The notes under the pieces were generated by a model. It saw only the letters and a program-made list of their open reading frames with translations. It ran no database searches and had not been told where the DNA came from. From assembly GCA_036824855.1 (NCBI GenBank), contig DAISZK010000003.1:5933-69932 (forward strand): DNA of 64,000 bases, in the 5' to 3' direction. This DNA comes from Chthoniobacterales bacterium. GTDB lineage: Bacteria; Verrucomicrobiota; Verrucomicrobiia; Chthoniobacterales; UBA6821. Shown here one piece after another: positions 1 to 10,334 of the stretch. A program made the position numbers and the translations under genes. Each line of letters opens with the position of its first letter. The first letter of the stretch is position 1.

Positions 1-20
1 AGTCGCGGGGAGGAGGTTGC

Positions 21-752
21 ATGAGTGATGATCCACTCCCTCCTATGTTGGAAATCGCGGCGTTGGAGGTCCGCTATGGAGGAATCCGGGCGCTGAACGG
101 CCTCTCGCTAAAAGTTCCGAAAGGAAGCATTGTCACCCTGATCGGGGCGAATGGTGCTGGCAAATCGACAACCCTTCGGACGATTTCCGGGCTCGTGCCG
201 ACGGCTGCTGGATCGATCATTTTTGATGGTAAGGAGATCGCCGGGTGGCCTGCTCATCGGATTGTTGCGGATGGACTTGCCCATGTCCCGGAGGGGAGGC
301 TTGTCTTTCCTGATTTGACCGTGAAGGAGAATTTGATGATGGGTGCTTATCTCCGGCGGGATCGCAAGGAAATCGCCTCCGATCTGGAGTGGGTTGGCGA
401 ATTCTTCCCCCGTCTCAAGGAGCGTATTACCCAGCGTGCGGGGACGCTCAGCGGGGGAGAGCAGCAGATGCTGGCAATCGGACGTGCCCTCATGGGGAGA
501 CCCCGCTGTCTCATGCTTGATGAGCCATCGTTGGGGATTGCTCCACTGCTTGTTGAGACGATCTTTGAGCGCCTGGTGGCTCTGAACAATGAGCGCAGGA
601 TGACGATGCTGCTGGTTGAGCAGAATGCCTCACTTGCCCTGAAGGTCAGTGATTACGCCTATGTCCTTGAGACCGGGCATATTCATCTGGAAGGCCCCTC
701 CTCCGAGATCAAGAATCGTCCGGAGATTCAGGCGGCTTATCTGGGACACTAA
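21..752 (+). CDS. livF: Branched-chain amino acid ABC transporter ATP-binding protein (LivF type)
   Basis: 243-aa ORF with Walker A GANGAGKST, ABC signature LSGGEQQMLAIGRAL and Walker B LMLDEPS. A GGAGGAGG RBS lies at 9-16. Partner liv genes would lie off the left edge. Confidence 0.85.
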   Translation: MSDDPLPPMLEIAALEVRYGGIRALNGLSLKVPKGSIVTLIGANGAGKSTTLRTISGLVPTAAGSIIFDGKEIAGWPAHRIVADGLAHVPEGRLVFPDLTVKENLMMGAYLRRDRKEIASDLEWVGEFFPRLKERITQRAGTLSGGEQQMLAIGRALMGRPRCLMLDEPSLGIAPLLVETIFERLVALNNERRMTMLLVEQNASLALKVSDYAYVLETGHIHLEGPSSEIKNRPEIQAAYLGH

Positions 753-841
753 GCACTCCACGTTCTCATTGGAGTGATGGACTGCACGTCGGGATCTGAG
801 GCCTTGCTCTTGAAGGTCCTCCTAGGATAGCTAGGAAGGCT

Positions 842-1195
842 ATGGTTTTTTCCGCAACAGTCCTTTTACTCCTCGACGCCGCCTCCTCAGCGCCACAGGC
901 ACCCAGCCCCATCACCCAGTTTGCCCCGCTGATTTTCATCGGTGTCATCTTCTACTTCCTTCTGATCCGTCCCCAGCAGAAGCAGCGCAAGGAGCAGCAG
1001 AAGCTGATCGAATCGATTAAGACGGGTGATAAGGTGGTCACCAGCGCCGGCATTCATGGCATGATCTCCAACGTGAAGGAGCGCACCGTTCTGCTGAAGA
1101 TTGCTGACAATGTGAAGATCGAGATCGACAAGGCAGCCGTCGCCACGGTGCTCGACCGCTCTGCTGAGGAATCCTCGGGGACCTCGGCCTCCTAA
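842..1195 (+). CDS. yajC: Preprotein translocase subunit YajC
   Basis: 117-aa ORF with one TM helix followed by LIRPQQKQRKEQQKLIESIKTGDKVVTSAGIHGMI, the YajC core. It sits immediately upstream of secDF. The exact start is uncertain. Confidence 0.8.
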   Translation: MVFSATVLLLLDAASSAPQAPSPITQFAPLIFIGVIFYFLLIRPQQKQRKEQQKLIESIKTGDKVVTSAGIHGMISNVKERTVLLKIADNVKIEIDKAAVATVLDRSAEESSGTSAS

Positions 1196-1274
1196 ACCAC
1201 GCTAGCTCTGCAAACCTCCCCCCGACAGCCATTAGAAGTTCTCACTCATTGAATCCTCGACGCCACCGCTCCAC

Positions 1275-3572
1275 ATGACACCTCTACTCACCTTTTTCTT
1301 CGGACTGCTGATTCTGGGCCTCTTTGCCTGGTACTTTTCCACCGAGAGTGACAGCAAGAAGCGTTGGCTCGGAGCTGTCCTGACGATCCTTCTCCTGCTC
1401 TTCTGCCTCGACTCGGCCACCCCGCCTGCCAAGAAGATTCATCTCGGCCTGGATCTGCGCGGCGGAACTTCCTTCCTTCTTCAATTGGTTCCCCAGAATG
1501 ATCAGCCTATTACGGCCGACATGCTCCAGCAGGCGGTCGAAGTCATCCGCAAGCGTGTCGACAAGTTCGGCGTCAGCGAACCCGTGATCGCGCCGCAAGG
1601 TTCCAGCAGGATCCTTGTTCAGATTCCTGGCCTTGATCCCGCTCAGATCCAGTCAACCAAGGAGCAGCTCCAGCAAGTTGCGAAACTCGAGTTCGCCGAG
1701 GTTCATCCCGATTCTGTCGCGCTCATTGCTCAGATCGACAAGGGGGAGGCGATCCTTCCTCCAGGATTTGTCATCAAAGAGCATACCCAGAACTACCAAG
1801 GTAAGGAGGTCACCGAACGCCTCCTTGTAAAGAAGGAGGCAGACCTGACCGGTGAGCATGTGAATCGCGCTTTTGCCTTTTTTGATCAGCAGGGATATGG
1901 CGTCTCGCTTAACCTCGATGGAGAGGGTGCCAAGACCTTCTTTGAACTGACTCAACAACTTGCACCGCATCAGGGTCGTCTAGCGATCCTTCTCGATGGG
2001 AAGATTCAGAGTGCCCCATCGGTAAAGAACCCAATCGCAGGAGGTCAGGCTCAGATTACTGGAAATTTCAAAGAGAAGGAGGCTCGCGAACTCGCCAGCG
2101 TCCTTGAGAATCCACTCCGCACTCCCGTGACGATCGAGGAGACTCGCAGTGTCTCGCCGACTCTCGGGCAGGATTCGATCCGTAGCGGCATTGTCTCGGG
2201 TATCGGGGGCCTCGCCCTCGTGATGCTCTTTGTCCTTTTCTACTACCGACTCGCAGGCTCCGTGGCCCTGATCGGTCTTTGGATCAACATCGTTCTACTC
2301 TTCGGCATGATGGCCATGTTCCATTTTGTCCTGACTCTGCCCGGCATCGCCGGTATCATCCTCACAATCGGTCTTGCTGTGGACGCCAACGTGCTACTCT
2401 ACGAGCGCCTGCGTGAGGAACTCGGCGCTGGAAAATCACTCGGTGCCGCTATCGATGGAGCCTACAACAAGGCCTTCAGCGCGATCTTTGACGCGAATGC
2501 CACGACTCTCATCACGGCGGGCATCCTTTTCTGGCAGGCAACCGGCCCCGTGCGTGGCTTCTCGGTCACGCTGATGCTCGGCATCGTCGCCTCACTCTTC
2601 TCGGCAATCCTTTTCACCCGCACCGCCTTCCGATGGATGATGAAATTCGCCGGTCTCAAGCGCCTCACGATGGCGAATCTGGCACCAAGCCATCAGTTCA
2701 ACTTCTTGGGCAAGCGGGTGATTGCGGTTTTCATCTCTGTCATCCTGATCGGGGGTTCGATTGTCTTCTTCGCGGTCCGTGGGGCCAATAACTTCGGCAT
2801 TGATTTCCGTGGAGGTGATCTCTTGGTCATTGATTCGCAACCCGCCCTCACGGTGAACGAGGTTCGCAGTGCCCTGACGGCTCTCCACCTTACCGAAGAG
2901 ACCATTCAGCTGGAACAGGCCGGCACTCAGCAGATGATTGCCATCCGAAGCGCCGAGGATACTTCAAGCCGGATCTTGGAGCAGTTGAAGCAGAGCTTCC
3001 CTGAACGCAAACTCGTTGCCGCCCAGCAGGAAAAAGTCGGTGCCCAGATCGGTCTCGAGTTTGCCAAGAAGGCGCTCCTCGCGCTCGGCTTGGGTATGGT
3101 CGGCATTCTGATTTACGTGACGCTTCGCTTTGAGTTCTCCTTCGCAGTGGGAGCACTTGTGGCGCTTCTTCATGACGTGATCATTACGGTCGGGGTCTTC
3201 TCTCTCACAGGCGGCGAGCTTTCGCTCGTGATGGTGGGTGCGATCTTGACGATTGCCGGATACTCGATTAACGATACGATCGTTGTCTACGACCGTATCC
3301 GCGAGGGGCTCCGTAACGGTGCCGGGGGAAGTGTCGAGGCCCTGATGAATCGTAGCATCAACGAAACCCTCGGTCGTACGATCCTGACGGGAGGCATGAC
3401 GCTTCTTTCCGTGGCCACGCTCTTCTTCTTCGGCGGAGCCGTGCTTAAGGATTTCGCCTTCGCGATCCTGATTGGTATTCTCGTCGGTACCTACTCCTCG
3501 GTGTTCGTCGCCTCACCGATTGTTCTTTGGTGCTCTAAACTCGGAGCCAAGAAAGCCGCCGCTGGTAAATAG
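1275..3572 (+). CDS. secDF: Fused protein-export membrane protein SecD/SecF
   Basis: 765-aa ORF. The first half is SecD-like (periplasmic domain, then TMs with GLAVDANVLLYERLREE). The second half is SecF-like (AGYSINDTIVVYDRIRE). Confidence 0.9.
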   Translation: MTPLLTFFFGLLILGLFAWYFSTESDSKKRWLGAVLTILLLLFCLDSATPPAKKIHLGLDLRGGTSFLLQLVPQNDQPITADMLQQAVEVIRKRVDKFGVSEPVIAPQGSSRILVQIPGLDPAQIQSTKEQLQQVAKLEFAEVHPDSVALIAQIDKGEAILPPGFVIKEHTQNYQGKEVTERLLVKKEADLTGEHVNRAFAFFDQQGYGVSLNLDGEGAKTFFELTQQLAPHQGRLAILLDGKIQSAPSVKNPIAGGQAQITGNFKEKEARELASVLENPLRTPVTIEETRSVSPTLGQDSIRSGIVSGIGGLALVMLFVLFYYRLAGSVALIGLWINIVLLFGMMAMFHFVLTLPGIAGIILTIGLAVDANVLLYERLREELGAGKSLGAAIDGAYNKAFSAIFDANATTLITAGILFWQATGPVRGFSVTLMLGIVASLFSAILFTRTAFRWMMKFAGLKRLTMANLAPSHQFNFLGKRVIAVFISVILIGGSIVFFAVRGANNFGIDFRGGDLLVIDSQPALTVNEVRSALTALHLTEETIQLEQAGTQQMIAIRSAEDTSSRILEQLKQSFPERKLVAAQQEKVGAQIGLEFAKKALLALGLGMVGILIYVTLRFEFSFAVGALVALLHDVIITVGVFSLTGGELSLVMVGAILTIAGYSINDTIVVYDRIREGLRNGAGGSVEALMNRSINETLGRTILTGGMTLLSVATLFFFGGAVLKDFAFAILIGILVGTYSSVFVASPIVLWCSKLGAKKAAAGK

Positions 3573-3634
3573 TCGGCAAGAACCTTTTCCCGCTTTCCAC
3601 CTTTCAGCTTTCACTTTTTAACCTCAGTTCATCC

Positions 3635-4573
3635 ATGTCCCTTCTTGTTCTCGGTTCCATCGCCCTCGACACCGTCAAAACTCCACTTGAGGAGCGTGCC
3701 GATATCCTCGGAGGTTCAGCATCCTACGCGGCCGTTGCGGCTAGTTTCTTTTCCCCTGTGAATCTGGTGGGGATTGTCGGTGATGATTTTCCGAAGGAGA
3801 ACATCGAGTTTTTCAGGGGTCGAAACATCGATCTTAAGGGTCTGCAAGTGGTTCCTGGAAAGACCTTCCGCTGGTCCGGGGAATACATGTGGGACATGAA
3901 TCAGCGGGAGACCCGTTCGGTGGAGTTGAATGTCTTCGAGAACTTCTCCCCTGATCTTCCCGAGGCTTATCGTTCCGCCCGGATGGTCCTGCTGGGCAAT
4001 ATCGCGCCGGCACTCCAGCATCATGTACTGGATCAGTTAACGCGTCCTCATTTCGTTATCGCTGACACAATGGATCTCTGGATCAACATTGCGAAGGAAG
4101 AATTGGTGCGCCTGATCGCTCGGGTCGACATGCTCATTCTGAATGACAGTGAGGCCCGTGAACTGACTGGAGAGACCAGTCTGATCAAGGCTGGTCGCCG
4201 CATCCGCGAGATGGGACCCTCCGTGGTTGCGATCAAGAAGGGTGAGCACGGATGCCTGCTCTTCGGTAACGGACAATTCTTCAGCTGCCCTGCTTATCCG
4301 CTGGAGGATATTCATGATCCAACCGGAGCCGGCGACTGCTTTGCCGGTGGACTTGCCGGATATCTGGCCAGCCGTCACCTCAGTGATGAAGAGCTGAGTG
4401 AAAAAAAAGAGATTCCCTTTGAATACCTTCGCCAGGCCGTGGTGGAAGGAAGCGTTCTTGCGAGTTTCAATGTCCAGTCTTTTAGCATGGATCGACTAAG
4501 GAATGTGACCAAGGATGAGATCGCGGAGCGGTACGAGATCTTCCGCACGCTCAGTCGCTTTGAGGCGATCTAA
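3635..4573 (+). CDS. PfkB-family carbohydrate/nucleoside kinase
   Basis: 312-aa ORF with the N-terminal GSIALD motif and the C-terminal PfkB signature DPTGAGDCFAGG. The substrate cannot be assigned. Confidence 0.75.
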   Translation: MSLLVLGSIALDTVKTPLEERADILGGSASYAAVAASFFSPVNLVGIVGDDFPKENIEFFRGRNIDLKGLQVVPGKTFRWSGEYMWDMNQRETRSVELNVFENFSPDLPEAYRSARMVLLGNIAPALQHHVLDQLTRPHFVIADTMDLWINIAKEELVRLIARVDMLILNDSEARELTGETSLIKAGRRIREMGPSVVAIKKGEHGCLLFGNGQFFSCPAYPLEDIHDPTGAGDCFAGGLAGYLASRHLSDEELSEKKEIPFEYLRQAVVEGSVLASFNVQSFSMDRLRNVTKDEIAERYEIFRTLSRFEAI

Positions 4574-4656
4574 CAGCTCTTTCCCGAGGGGTCACGGCGC
4601 CGATGAATGGTGCGGATGACCTTGTCCTCAGCTGAGTTGGGGATCATGGTGAATCA

Positions 4657-6900
4657 ATGAACAAGAGTCCCAAGCCTATCCCCACTGGGAGCCTCTCGGC
4701 CTCAGTGCTTCTCCCTCCCGCGGATCTCTATCCCTTGTTGGAATGCCGTCACTGTGATCCGCATCGGATTCTCGGCGTTCGCTCATACCAAGAGGGAGGG
4801 ACAATAGCCCGGGTCTTTTATCCAGGGGCATCAAGTGTAAACCTGAGTTTCTCGAGTGGTGAGAAGCTCCATCTTACAAAAGTTCATGCCGACGGATTGT
4901 TCGAGGCTGAGAGTGCCAAAGAGATTCCTTCCGCCCCAATCGCCTACATGATCGAGGTGACACATGCAGATGGCTCATCGGTTCATTTCAGGGATGCGTA
5001 TGCTTTTGCTCCCATGCTCGGTGAGTTGGATCTCTATCTGCTGGGTCAGGGTGAACACTTGGAGGCTTACAAGATTCTTGGTGCCCACCCTCGAAGTATC
5101 GATGGCATCCCAGGAACTTCTTTTGCGGTCTGGGCACCGAATGCCCAGCGGATAAGTGTCGTTGGCGACTTCAATGTCTGGGATGGCCGTCGCCATATGA
5201 TGAGGCGTCTCGGGGGATCCGGTATCTGGGAGATTTTCATTCCCGGAGTTGCCGAAGGAGAGCATTACAAATTCGAGATTCGTGGTCCTCACGGAGATAT
5301 CTTTCTTAAGACCGACCCCTTCGGATTCTTCGCCCAGCATGATCTGAGGACAGCTTGCATGGTGACGGACCTCGGGCGCTATTCCTGGAGCGACCAGAAC
5401 TGGATGGAGCGGCGAGCCCAGCGGAATGCTTACGCCGAGCCGATGTCTGTTTATGAAGCCCATCTCGGCTCGTGGCGCAGGCGCCCCGAGGAGAAGGATA
5501 GACCCCTCAGCTATCTCGAACTCTCGGTGGAACTCGTCGCCTATGTGAAGGAGATGGGCTTCACCCATGTGGAGTTACTGCCTGTCATGGAGCATCCCTT
5601 CGACGGATCATGGGGCTACCAAGTGGTTAACTTCTTTGCCCCGAGCAGTCGCTTCGGCTCGCCGGATGAATTTCGTCATCTCATTGACGCTCTCCATCAA
5701 GCTGGCATCGGAGTTATTCTCGATTGGGTGCCTGGTCACTTCCCAAAGGATGCACATGGGCTTGCGCGGTTTGATGGTACAGCGCTTTACGAGCACGAGG
5801 ACCCTCGTCTTGGCGAACATCGTGATTGGGGAACGCTGATCTTCAACTACGGACGCAACGAAGTTCGGAATTTCCTCATCGCCAATGCGCTTTTCTGGCT
5901 CGACCAGTATCACATTGACGGCCTCCGTGTGGACGCCGTGGCCTCGATGCTCTATCTCGACTACTCACGCAAGGCGGGAGAGTGGATCCCGAACAGATTT
6001 GGTGGACGCGAGAATCTGGAGGCTATCGAGTTCCTCAAGGGCTTCAATACCGCCTGCTACGCCCGCCATCCGGGAGTCGTGACGATTGCCGAGGAGTCGA
6101 CGGCATGGCCTGGAGTCTCCAAGCCTGTCTACGATGGAGGGCTCGGTTTCGGATTTAAGTGGAACATGGGATGGATGAACGACTCACTTCGCTACATCGC
6201 GCGTCCTCCAATTCACCGAAAGCATCATCAAGGCGACATTACCTTCTCCATGCTTTACGCCTACCACGAGCACTTCGTGCTGGTGTTGAGCCATGACGAG
6301 GTGGTGCATGGTAAGGGATCCCTTCTAAATAAAATGCCCGGGGATGATTGGCAGAAGGCCGCAAACCTGCGGATGTTCTTGAGTTGGATGTGGACTCACC
6401 CCGGAAAAAAGCTTCTTTTTCAGGGGTGTGAAATCGGGCAGTGGCGCGAGTGGGATCACTCCCATAGCATCGATTGGCATTTGCTGGAGAATCAGCCTCA
6501 TGAGGGCATTCAGAAATTGGTGCGTAGACTCAATGAGATCTATCGGAAGGAGACTGCTCTCAGCCTTCTTGATGATAGCCCGGAGGGATTCGAGTGGGTC
6601 GACTTCCATGATGCTGAGAACACGGTCTGGTCGTTTCTTCGCAAGACTCCTGCGGGGGCAGGAAACGACTTGCTGGTCGTGGTCAACGCCACCCCGGTTG
6701 TGCGCCATGAGTACCGCGTCGGCGTGCCATACGCGGGAACCTATGAGCAGATTCTGAATTCAGACGCTGAAGATTTCGGAGGTAGCGGATGTGTGCACAT
6801 TGCTAACATTGAATCCGCTGGGATTACCGCTCATGGCCGAGATCACTCCATCACCATCGACCTTCCTCCCTTGGCTGTTTTGATTCTGAGAGTTCCCTGA
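4657..6900 (+). CDS. glgB: 1,4-alpha-glucan branching enzyme
   Basis: 747-aa ORF with GH13 catalytic blocks DWVPGHF, GLRVDAVASMLY, IAEESTAWPG and LSHDEVVHGK. Confidence 0.92.
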   Translation: MNKSPKPIPTGSLSASVLLPPADLYPLLECRHCDPHRILGVRSYQEGGTIARVFYPGASSVNLSFSSGEKLHLTKVHADGLFEAESAKEIPSAPIAYMIEVTHADGSSVHFRDAYAFAPMLGELDLYLLGQGEHLEAYKILGAHPRSIDGIPGTSFAVWAPNAQRISVVGDFNVWDGRRHMMRRLGGSGIWEIFIPGVAEGEHYKFEIRGPHGDIFLKTDPFGFFAQHDLRTACMVTDLGRYSWSDQNWMERRAQRNAYAEPMSVYEAHLGSWRRRPEEKDRPLSYLELSVELVAYVKEMGFTHVELLPVMEHPFDGSWGYQVVNFFAPSSRFGSPDEFRHLIDALHQAGIGVILDWVPGHFPKDAHGLARFDGTALYEHEDPRLGEHRDWGTLIFNYGRNEVRNFLIANALFWLDQYHIDGLRVDAVASMLYLDYSRKAGEWIPNRFGGRENLEAIEFLKGFNTACYARHPGVVTIAEESTAWPGVSKPVYDGGLGFGFKWNMGWMNDSLRYIARPPIHRKHHQGDITFSMLYAYHEHFVLVLSHDEVVHGKGSLLNKMPGDDWQKAANLRMFLSWMWTHPGKKLLFQGCEIGQWREWDHSHSIDWHLLENQPHEGIQKLVRRLNEIYRKETALSLLDDSPEGFEWVDFHDAENTVWSFLRKTPAGAGNDLLVVVNATPVVRHEYRVGVPYAGTYEQILNSDAEDFGGSGCVHIANIESAGITAHGRDHSITIDLPPLAVLILRVP

Positions 6901-7035
6901 TCTTTTTCGATGCGGTTGATTTAATGCTGTTGAATGGGTGAAAAGTTAAAAACAGCACTTGACCCAATGACAGGGTAAATCCATGTTGCCTCAACTGCAA
7001 AACCTCCTAAAACAACAATCACCAACACAAACCAC

Positions 7036-7602
7036 ATGAAAACCCTCAAGACCCTCCGCGGTAAGTTTGCCGCCTTCACGCTTATCGAACTCTTGGTCGT
7101 CATCTCAATCATCGCAGTTCTTGCATCGCTTGCATTGCCTGCGATCACCGGGGCACTTGTCAAAGGACAAATCACCCAGACCACCAGCAATATGCGCCAG
7201 CTGTATTTGGCCTCGCACTCCTGTTATCTGGACGGTCAGGTCGCTGGCACGAACAGCGGATTTCCAGAGTATTATGCAAGTGTGTCTACTTGGTCGAATG
7301 CCTTGGCGCCTGCTTATCTAAGCTCCAATGCTTTTGCCAACTCCCTTGCCACCAAGGGTTCAAATGCTCTCGTTTATGCAGTCTCTGAAACCGATAGCAA
7401 TAACAACGTGATGCTTTCCCAGGGGCTCACAATCACTGCAGGCACGCCAGCAACAGCCGTTTACTCTGCAGGTGCACCCTTCAATGGTAAGGGTGGAGCT
7501 GTAGTGACCAGTCAAGGATCGGCAATCAGCATTTCAGGAGCTACAAACATGGTTAACAGTGCGCTTAGCCAAGTTTCGTGCGTGAGCTCGAACATTCAGT
7601 AA
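7036..7602 (+). CDS. Prepilin-type N-terminal cleavage/methylation domain protein (pilin/pseudopilin-like), copy 1
   Basis: 188-aa ORF. The N-terminus MKTLKTLRGKFAAFTLIELLVVISIIAVLASLALPA combines a short basic leader, an F-T-L-I-E motif and a hydrophobic helix. The remainder is an unrecognised Ser/Ala/Asn/Thr-rich domain. Confidence 0.8.
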   Translation: MKTLKTLRGKFAAFTLIELLVVISIIAVLASLALPAITGALVKGQITQTTSNMRQLYLASHSCYLDGQVAGTNSGFPEYYASVSTWSNALAPAYLSSNAFANSLATKGSNALVYAVSETDSNNNVMLSQGLTITAGTPATAVYSAGAPFNGKGGAVVTSQGSAISISGATNMVNSALSQVSCVSSNIQ

Positions 7603-7624
7603 ATTTATCCTAATCTCGCAAAGG

Positions 7625-7651
7625 AGAGCCCTAGAAATAGGGCTCTTTTTT
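7625..7651 (+). terminator. Rho-independent terminator after pilin-like copy 1
   Basis: Stem AGAGCCCTA (7625-7633), GAAA loop, stem TAGGGCTCT (7638-7646), then a T-run to 7651. Confidence 0.75.
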
Positions 7652-7700
7652 CTTTACAACCCAGTTAGACTAAGGTGCAATCACTACAAGATATCAACCC

Positions 7701-8267
7701 ATGAAAACACTCAAGACACTCCGCGGTAAGTTTGCCGCCTTCACGCTTATCGAACTCTTGGTCGTTATCTCGATCATCGCCGTTCTTGCATCGTTGGCAC
7801 TGCCTGCGATCACTGGAGCTCTTGTCAAAGGACAAATCACCCAGACTACCAGTAACATGCGCCAGCTGTATTTGGCATCGCACTCCTGCTATCTGGATGG
7901 TCAGGTCGCTGGCACGAATAGCGGATTTCCAGAGTATTATGCCAGTGTGTCTACTTGGTCGAATGCCTTGGCTCCTGCTTACCTTAGCTCCAATGCTTTT
8001 GCCAACTCCCTTGCAACCAAGGGTTCAAATGCACTCGTTTACGCAGTGGCTGAAACCGATAGCAATAACAACGTGATGCTTTCCCAGGGGCTCACAATCA
8101 CTGCAGGCACCCCTGCCACGGCCGTCTATGCAGATGGCGCTCCTTTCAATGGTAAGGGCGGAGCTGTGGTGACCAGTCAAGGATCGGCAATCAGCATTTC
8201 AGGAGCTACAAACATGGTAAACAGTGCGCTAAGCCAAGTTTCGTGCGTGAGCTCGAATATTCAGTAA
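7701..8267 (+). CDS. Prepilin-type N-terminal cleavage/methylation domain protein (pilin/pseudopilin-like), copy 2
   Basis: 188-aa ORF that differs from copy 1 at 3 residues (S117A, S144A, A145D) and has the same N-terminal motif. Confidence 0.8.
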   Translation: MKTLKTLRGKFAAFTLIELLVVISIIAVLASLALPAITGALVKGQITQTTSNMRQLYLASHSCYLDGQVAGTNSGFPEYYASVSTWSNALAPAYLSSNAFANSLATKGSNALVYAVAETDSNNNVMLSQGLTITAGTPATAVYADGAPFNGKGGAVVTSQGSAISISGATNMVNSALSQVSCVSSNIQ

Positions 8268-8285
8268 ATTTAGTTTTCTTAAAAA

Positions 8286-8316
8286 GGGGGCCCTAGAACT
8301 AGGGCTCCCTTTTTTG
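8286..8316 (+). terminator. Rho-independent terminator after pilin-like copy 2
   Basis: GGGGGCCCTA..TAGGGCTCCC hairpin with one G-U pair, followed by TTTTTT (8310-8315). It shares the core GCCCTAGAA(A/C)TAGGGCTC with the 7625 hairpin. Confidence 0.7.
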
Positions 8317-8361
8317 TCTCTCGACACAGACCTTCCGTTTCGTTGACATAGTCTTCTAGTT

Positions 8362-10149
8362 ATGGCTTCAAAATCAGCACCCAAAAAAAACAAAGCAGTT
8401 AAGACCTCATTTAGTAATGAGCGTGGAGTCGTTATGAATGGCGCCGAGATCTTGGTCGCCTCATTGGAGCGTGAGGGAGTGGATTTTGTTTTTGCCTATC
8501 CCGGTGGCTGCTCGATGCCGATCCATCAGGCGCTGACGAAATCGAAGAAGATCCGGACGATCCTTCCCCGACATGAGCAGGGTGGAGGATTTGCCGCCGA
8601 GGGATACGCCCGAGTGACGGGTAAGGCCGGCGTTTGCATGGCGACTTCGGGGCCCGGAGCCACGAATCTCGTGACCTGTATTGCCGATGCCTACATGGAC
8701 TCTGTGCCGCTTGTTGCGATCACGGGTCAGGTTCCTCAGGAGATGATCGGACGTGGGGCCTTCCAAGAGACCGATTTCTTCGGAATGACGCTTCCCGTAG
8801 TCAAGCACAGCTATCTAGTTTGGGATATCAATGATATTCCCCGGATCATCAAGGAGGCATTCCATATCGCCCAGAGCGGACGCCCCGGTCCTGTGTTGGT
8901 CGATATCCCCAAAAATATCCAGAACCAGACAGCTCAACCGATATTCCCCAAGAGTATCAGTCTTCGCGGCTATAATCCGGTTCGCCGTGCGGATGATGTT
9001 GCGCTTCAGGAAATGCTTGGGCTGATTGCCTCCGCCAAGAAGCCGATGATCTATTGCGGTGGCGGCGTGATCACTGCGGAAGCCTCCAAGGAATTGACCG
9101 AGTTTGCCGAGCGCACCCAGATTCCTGTGGCCACCACCCTCATGGGAATCGGTTGCTTCCCCGAAACACACCCCCTCTCCCTTAAATGGCTCGGCATGCA
9201 TGGAACCGTCTATGCCAACAACGCCGTGAACGAGGCAGATCTCTTGCTGGCCATCGGTGTTCGTTTTGATGACCGCGTCACCGGAAAGGTCGAGAAGTTC
9301 TGCGAGCACGGAACGATCGTTCATATCGACATCGACAACTCGGAGATCAACAAGAACCGCGCTGTGAAACTCCCCATCCTCGGTGATGTGAAGGATGCCC
9401 TGACGCGCCTCAACAAGGAACTCGACCGCTCAGGCAATAAGCCGGTGAAGAAAGATCACACACGCTTCCCGGCTTGGTACAAGCAGATCGCAAAGTGGAA
9501 GAAAGATCATCCTCTCCGCTATAAAGATACTCCTGATGCCATCCAGCCGCAGCATGTGATCGAACTCTTGATGGAGCTCACCAAAGGGCAGGCGATCATC
9601 ACCACGGGTGTTGGTCAGCATCAGATGTGGGCTGCCCAGTACTACAACTTCACCGAGCCGCGCACGCTGGTGACCTCGGCTGGTCTCGGATCCATGGGAT
9701 TCGGCTATCCCGCAGCTCTGGGTGCCAAACTTGGACGTCCCGACAAGCAGGTCATCGATATCGATGGTGATGGTTCTTTCCTGATGAATGTCCAGGAACT
9801 AGCTACGGCTCACATCGATGGAATCGCTTCCAAGGTGATCATTCTCAACAACCAACATCTTGGTATGGTGGTTCAGTGGGAAGACCGCTTCTACGACAGC
9901 AACCGTGGACACACATTCCTCGGAGATCCTAAGGATTTGAAGCGTATCTATCCCGACTACTTAGGGATTTGCGAGGGCTTTGGCGTTCCAGCAGAGCGCG
10001 TGCTCCACAAGAAGGATCTGCGCGCTGCTCTCCAACGCATGCTGGACTCCAAGGAGACCTATGTTCTGGATGTCATGACACCGTACACGGAGCATGTGCT
10101 TCCGATGATTCCTGCGGGCAAAACCTACAAGGATATCATTACGGAGTAG
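8362..10149 (+). CDS. ilvB: Acetolactate synthase (acetohydroxyacid synthase) large subunit
   Basis: 595-aa ORF of the ThDP enzyme family, with [24 protein letters not shown] and the ThDP-binding [10 protein letters not shown]...N. The true start could be the internal Met at 8434 (MNGAEILV). No small-subunit gene follows. Confidence 0.88.
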   Translation: MASKSAPKKNKAVKTSFSNERGVVMNGAEILVASLEREGVDFVFAYPGGCSMPIHQALTKSKKIRTILPRHEQGGGFAAEGYARVTGKAGVCMATSGPGATNLVTCIADAYMDSVPLVAITGQVPQEMIGRGAFQETDFFGMTLPVVKHSYLVWDINDIPRIIKEAFHIAQSGRPGPVLVDIPKNIQNQTAQPIFPKSISLRGYNPVRRADDVALQEMLGLIASAKKPMIYCGGGVITAEASKELTEFAERTQIPVATTLMGIGCFPETHPLSLKWLGMHGTVYANNAVNEADLLLAIGVRFDDRVTGKVEKFCEHGTIVHIDIDNSEINKNRAVKLPILGDVKDALTRLNKELDRSGNKPVKKDHTRFPAWYKQIAKWKKDHPLRYKDTPDAIQPQHVIELLMELTKGQAIITTGVGQHQMWAAQYYNFTEPRTLVTSAGLGSMGFGYPAALGAKLGRPDKQVIDIDGDGSFLMNVQELATAHIDGIASKVIILNNQHLGMVVQWEDRFYDSNRGHTFLGDPKDLKRIYPDYLGICEGFGVPAERVLHKKDLRAALQRMLDSKETYVLDVMTPYTEHVLPMIPAGKTYKDIITE

Positions 10150-10334
10150 CGGTGCAGCCTTGCTGCTCCGCTACAGAACGAAGTTGGGTAGACCGAAGGT
10201 TGAAAGCTAGGGGAGTAGATCCAAAGCTTTGAGGGTGGGCGAGCGATCAGATTTTGGGTTTAGAGGCAATGGACTCCCTGTATGATTTGGGCCTCATGCT
10301 CTTCTGTTTTCAGCTGTTAGCCTAAAAGCCTTTC

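Larger units (their letters stand above)
7036..8316 (+). repeat. Tandem duplication (2 x ~616 bp units, 665-bp period) consisting of pilin-like CDS plus terminator
   Basis: Direct comparison of 7036-7651 with 7701-8316. The CDSs align without gaps and the terminator cores are conserved, but the 5' flanks are unrelated. Confidence 0.9.

Noticed and set aside
4975-5568. 197-aa minus-strand ORF inside glgB. The same applies to 11811..12386 in priA, 22424..23077 in the degT-like gene and 28834..29487 across the hypothetical/lptFG genes.
   Set aside because: These are shadow ORFs opposite confidently identified genes.
7787-7802. TGGCAC words elsewhere (7787, 7247, 11925, 27533, 36782, 62929) as possible sigma-54 promoters.
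   Set aside because: None has TTGC at the required 5-nt spacing, and all lie inside coding sequence.
10148-10172. A 10-bp interrupted hairpin (AGCGG-T-GCAGC ctt GCTGC-T-CCGCT) overlapping the ilvB stop codon. A similar GC hairpin follows priA at about 12592-12630.
   Set aside because: No U-tract follows either hairpin, so I cannot call them intrinsic terminators. They may be stabilisers or chance structures.
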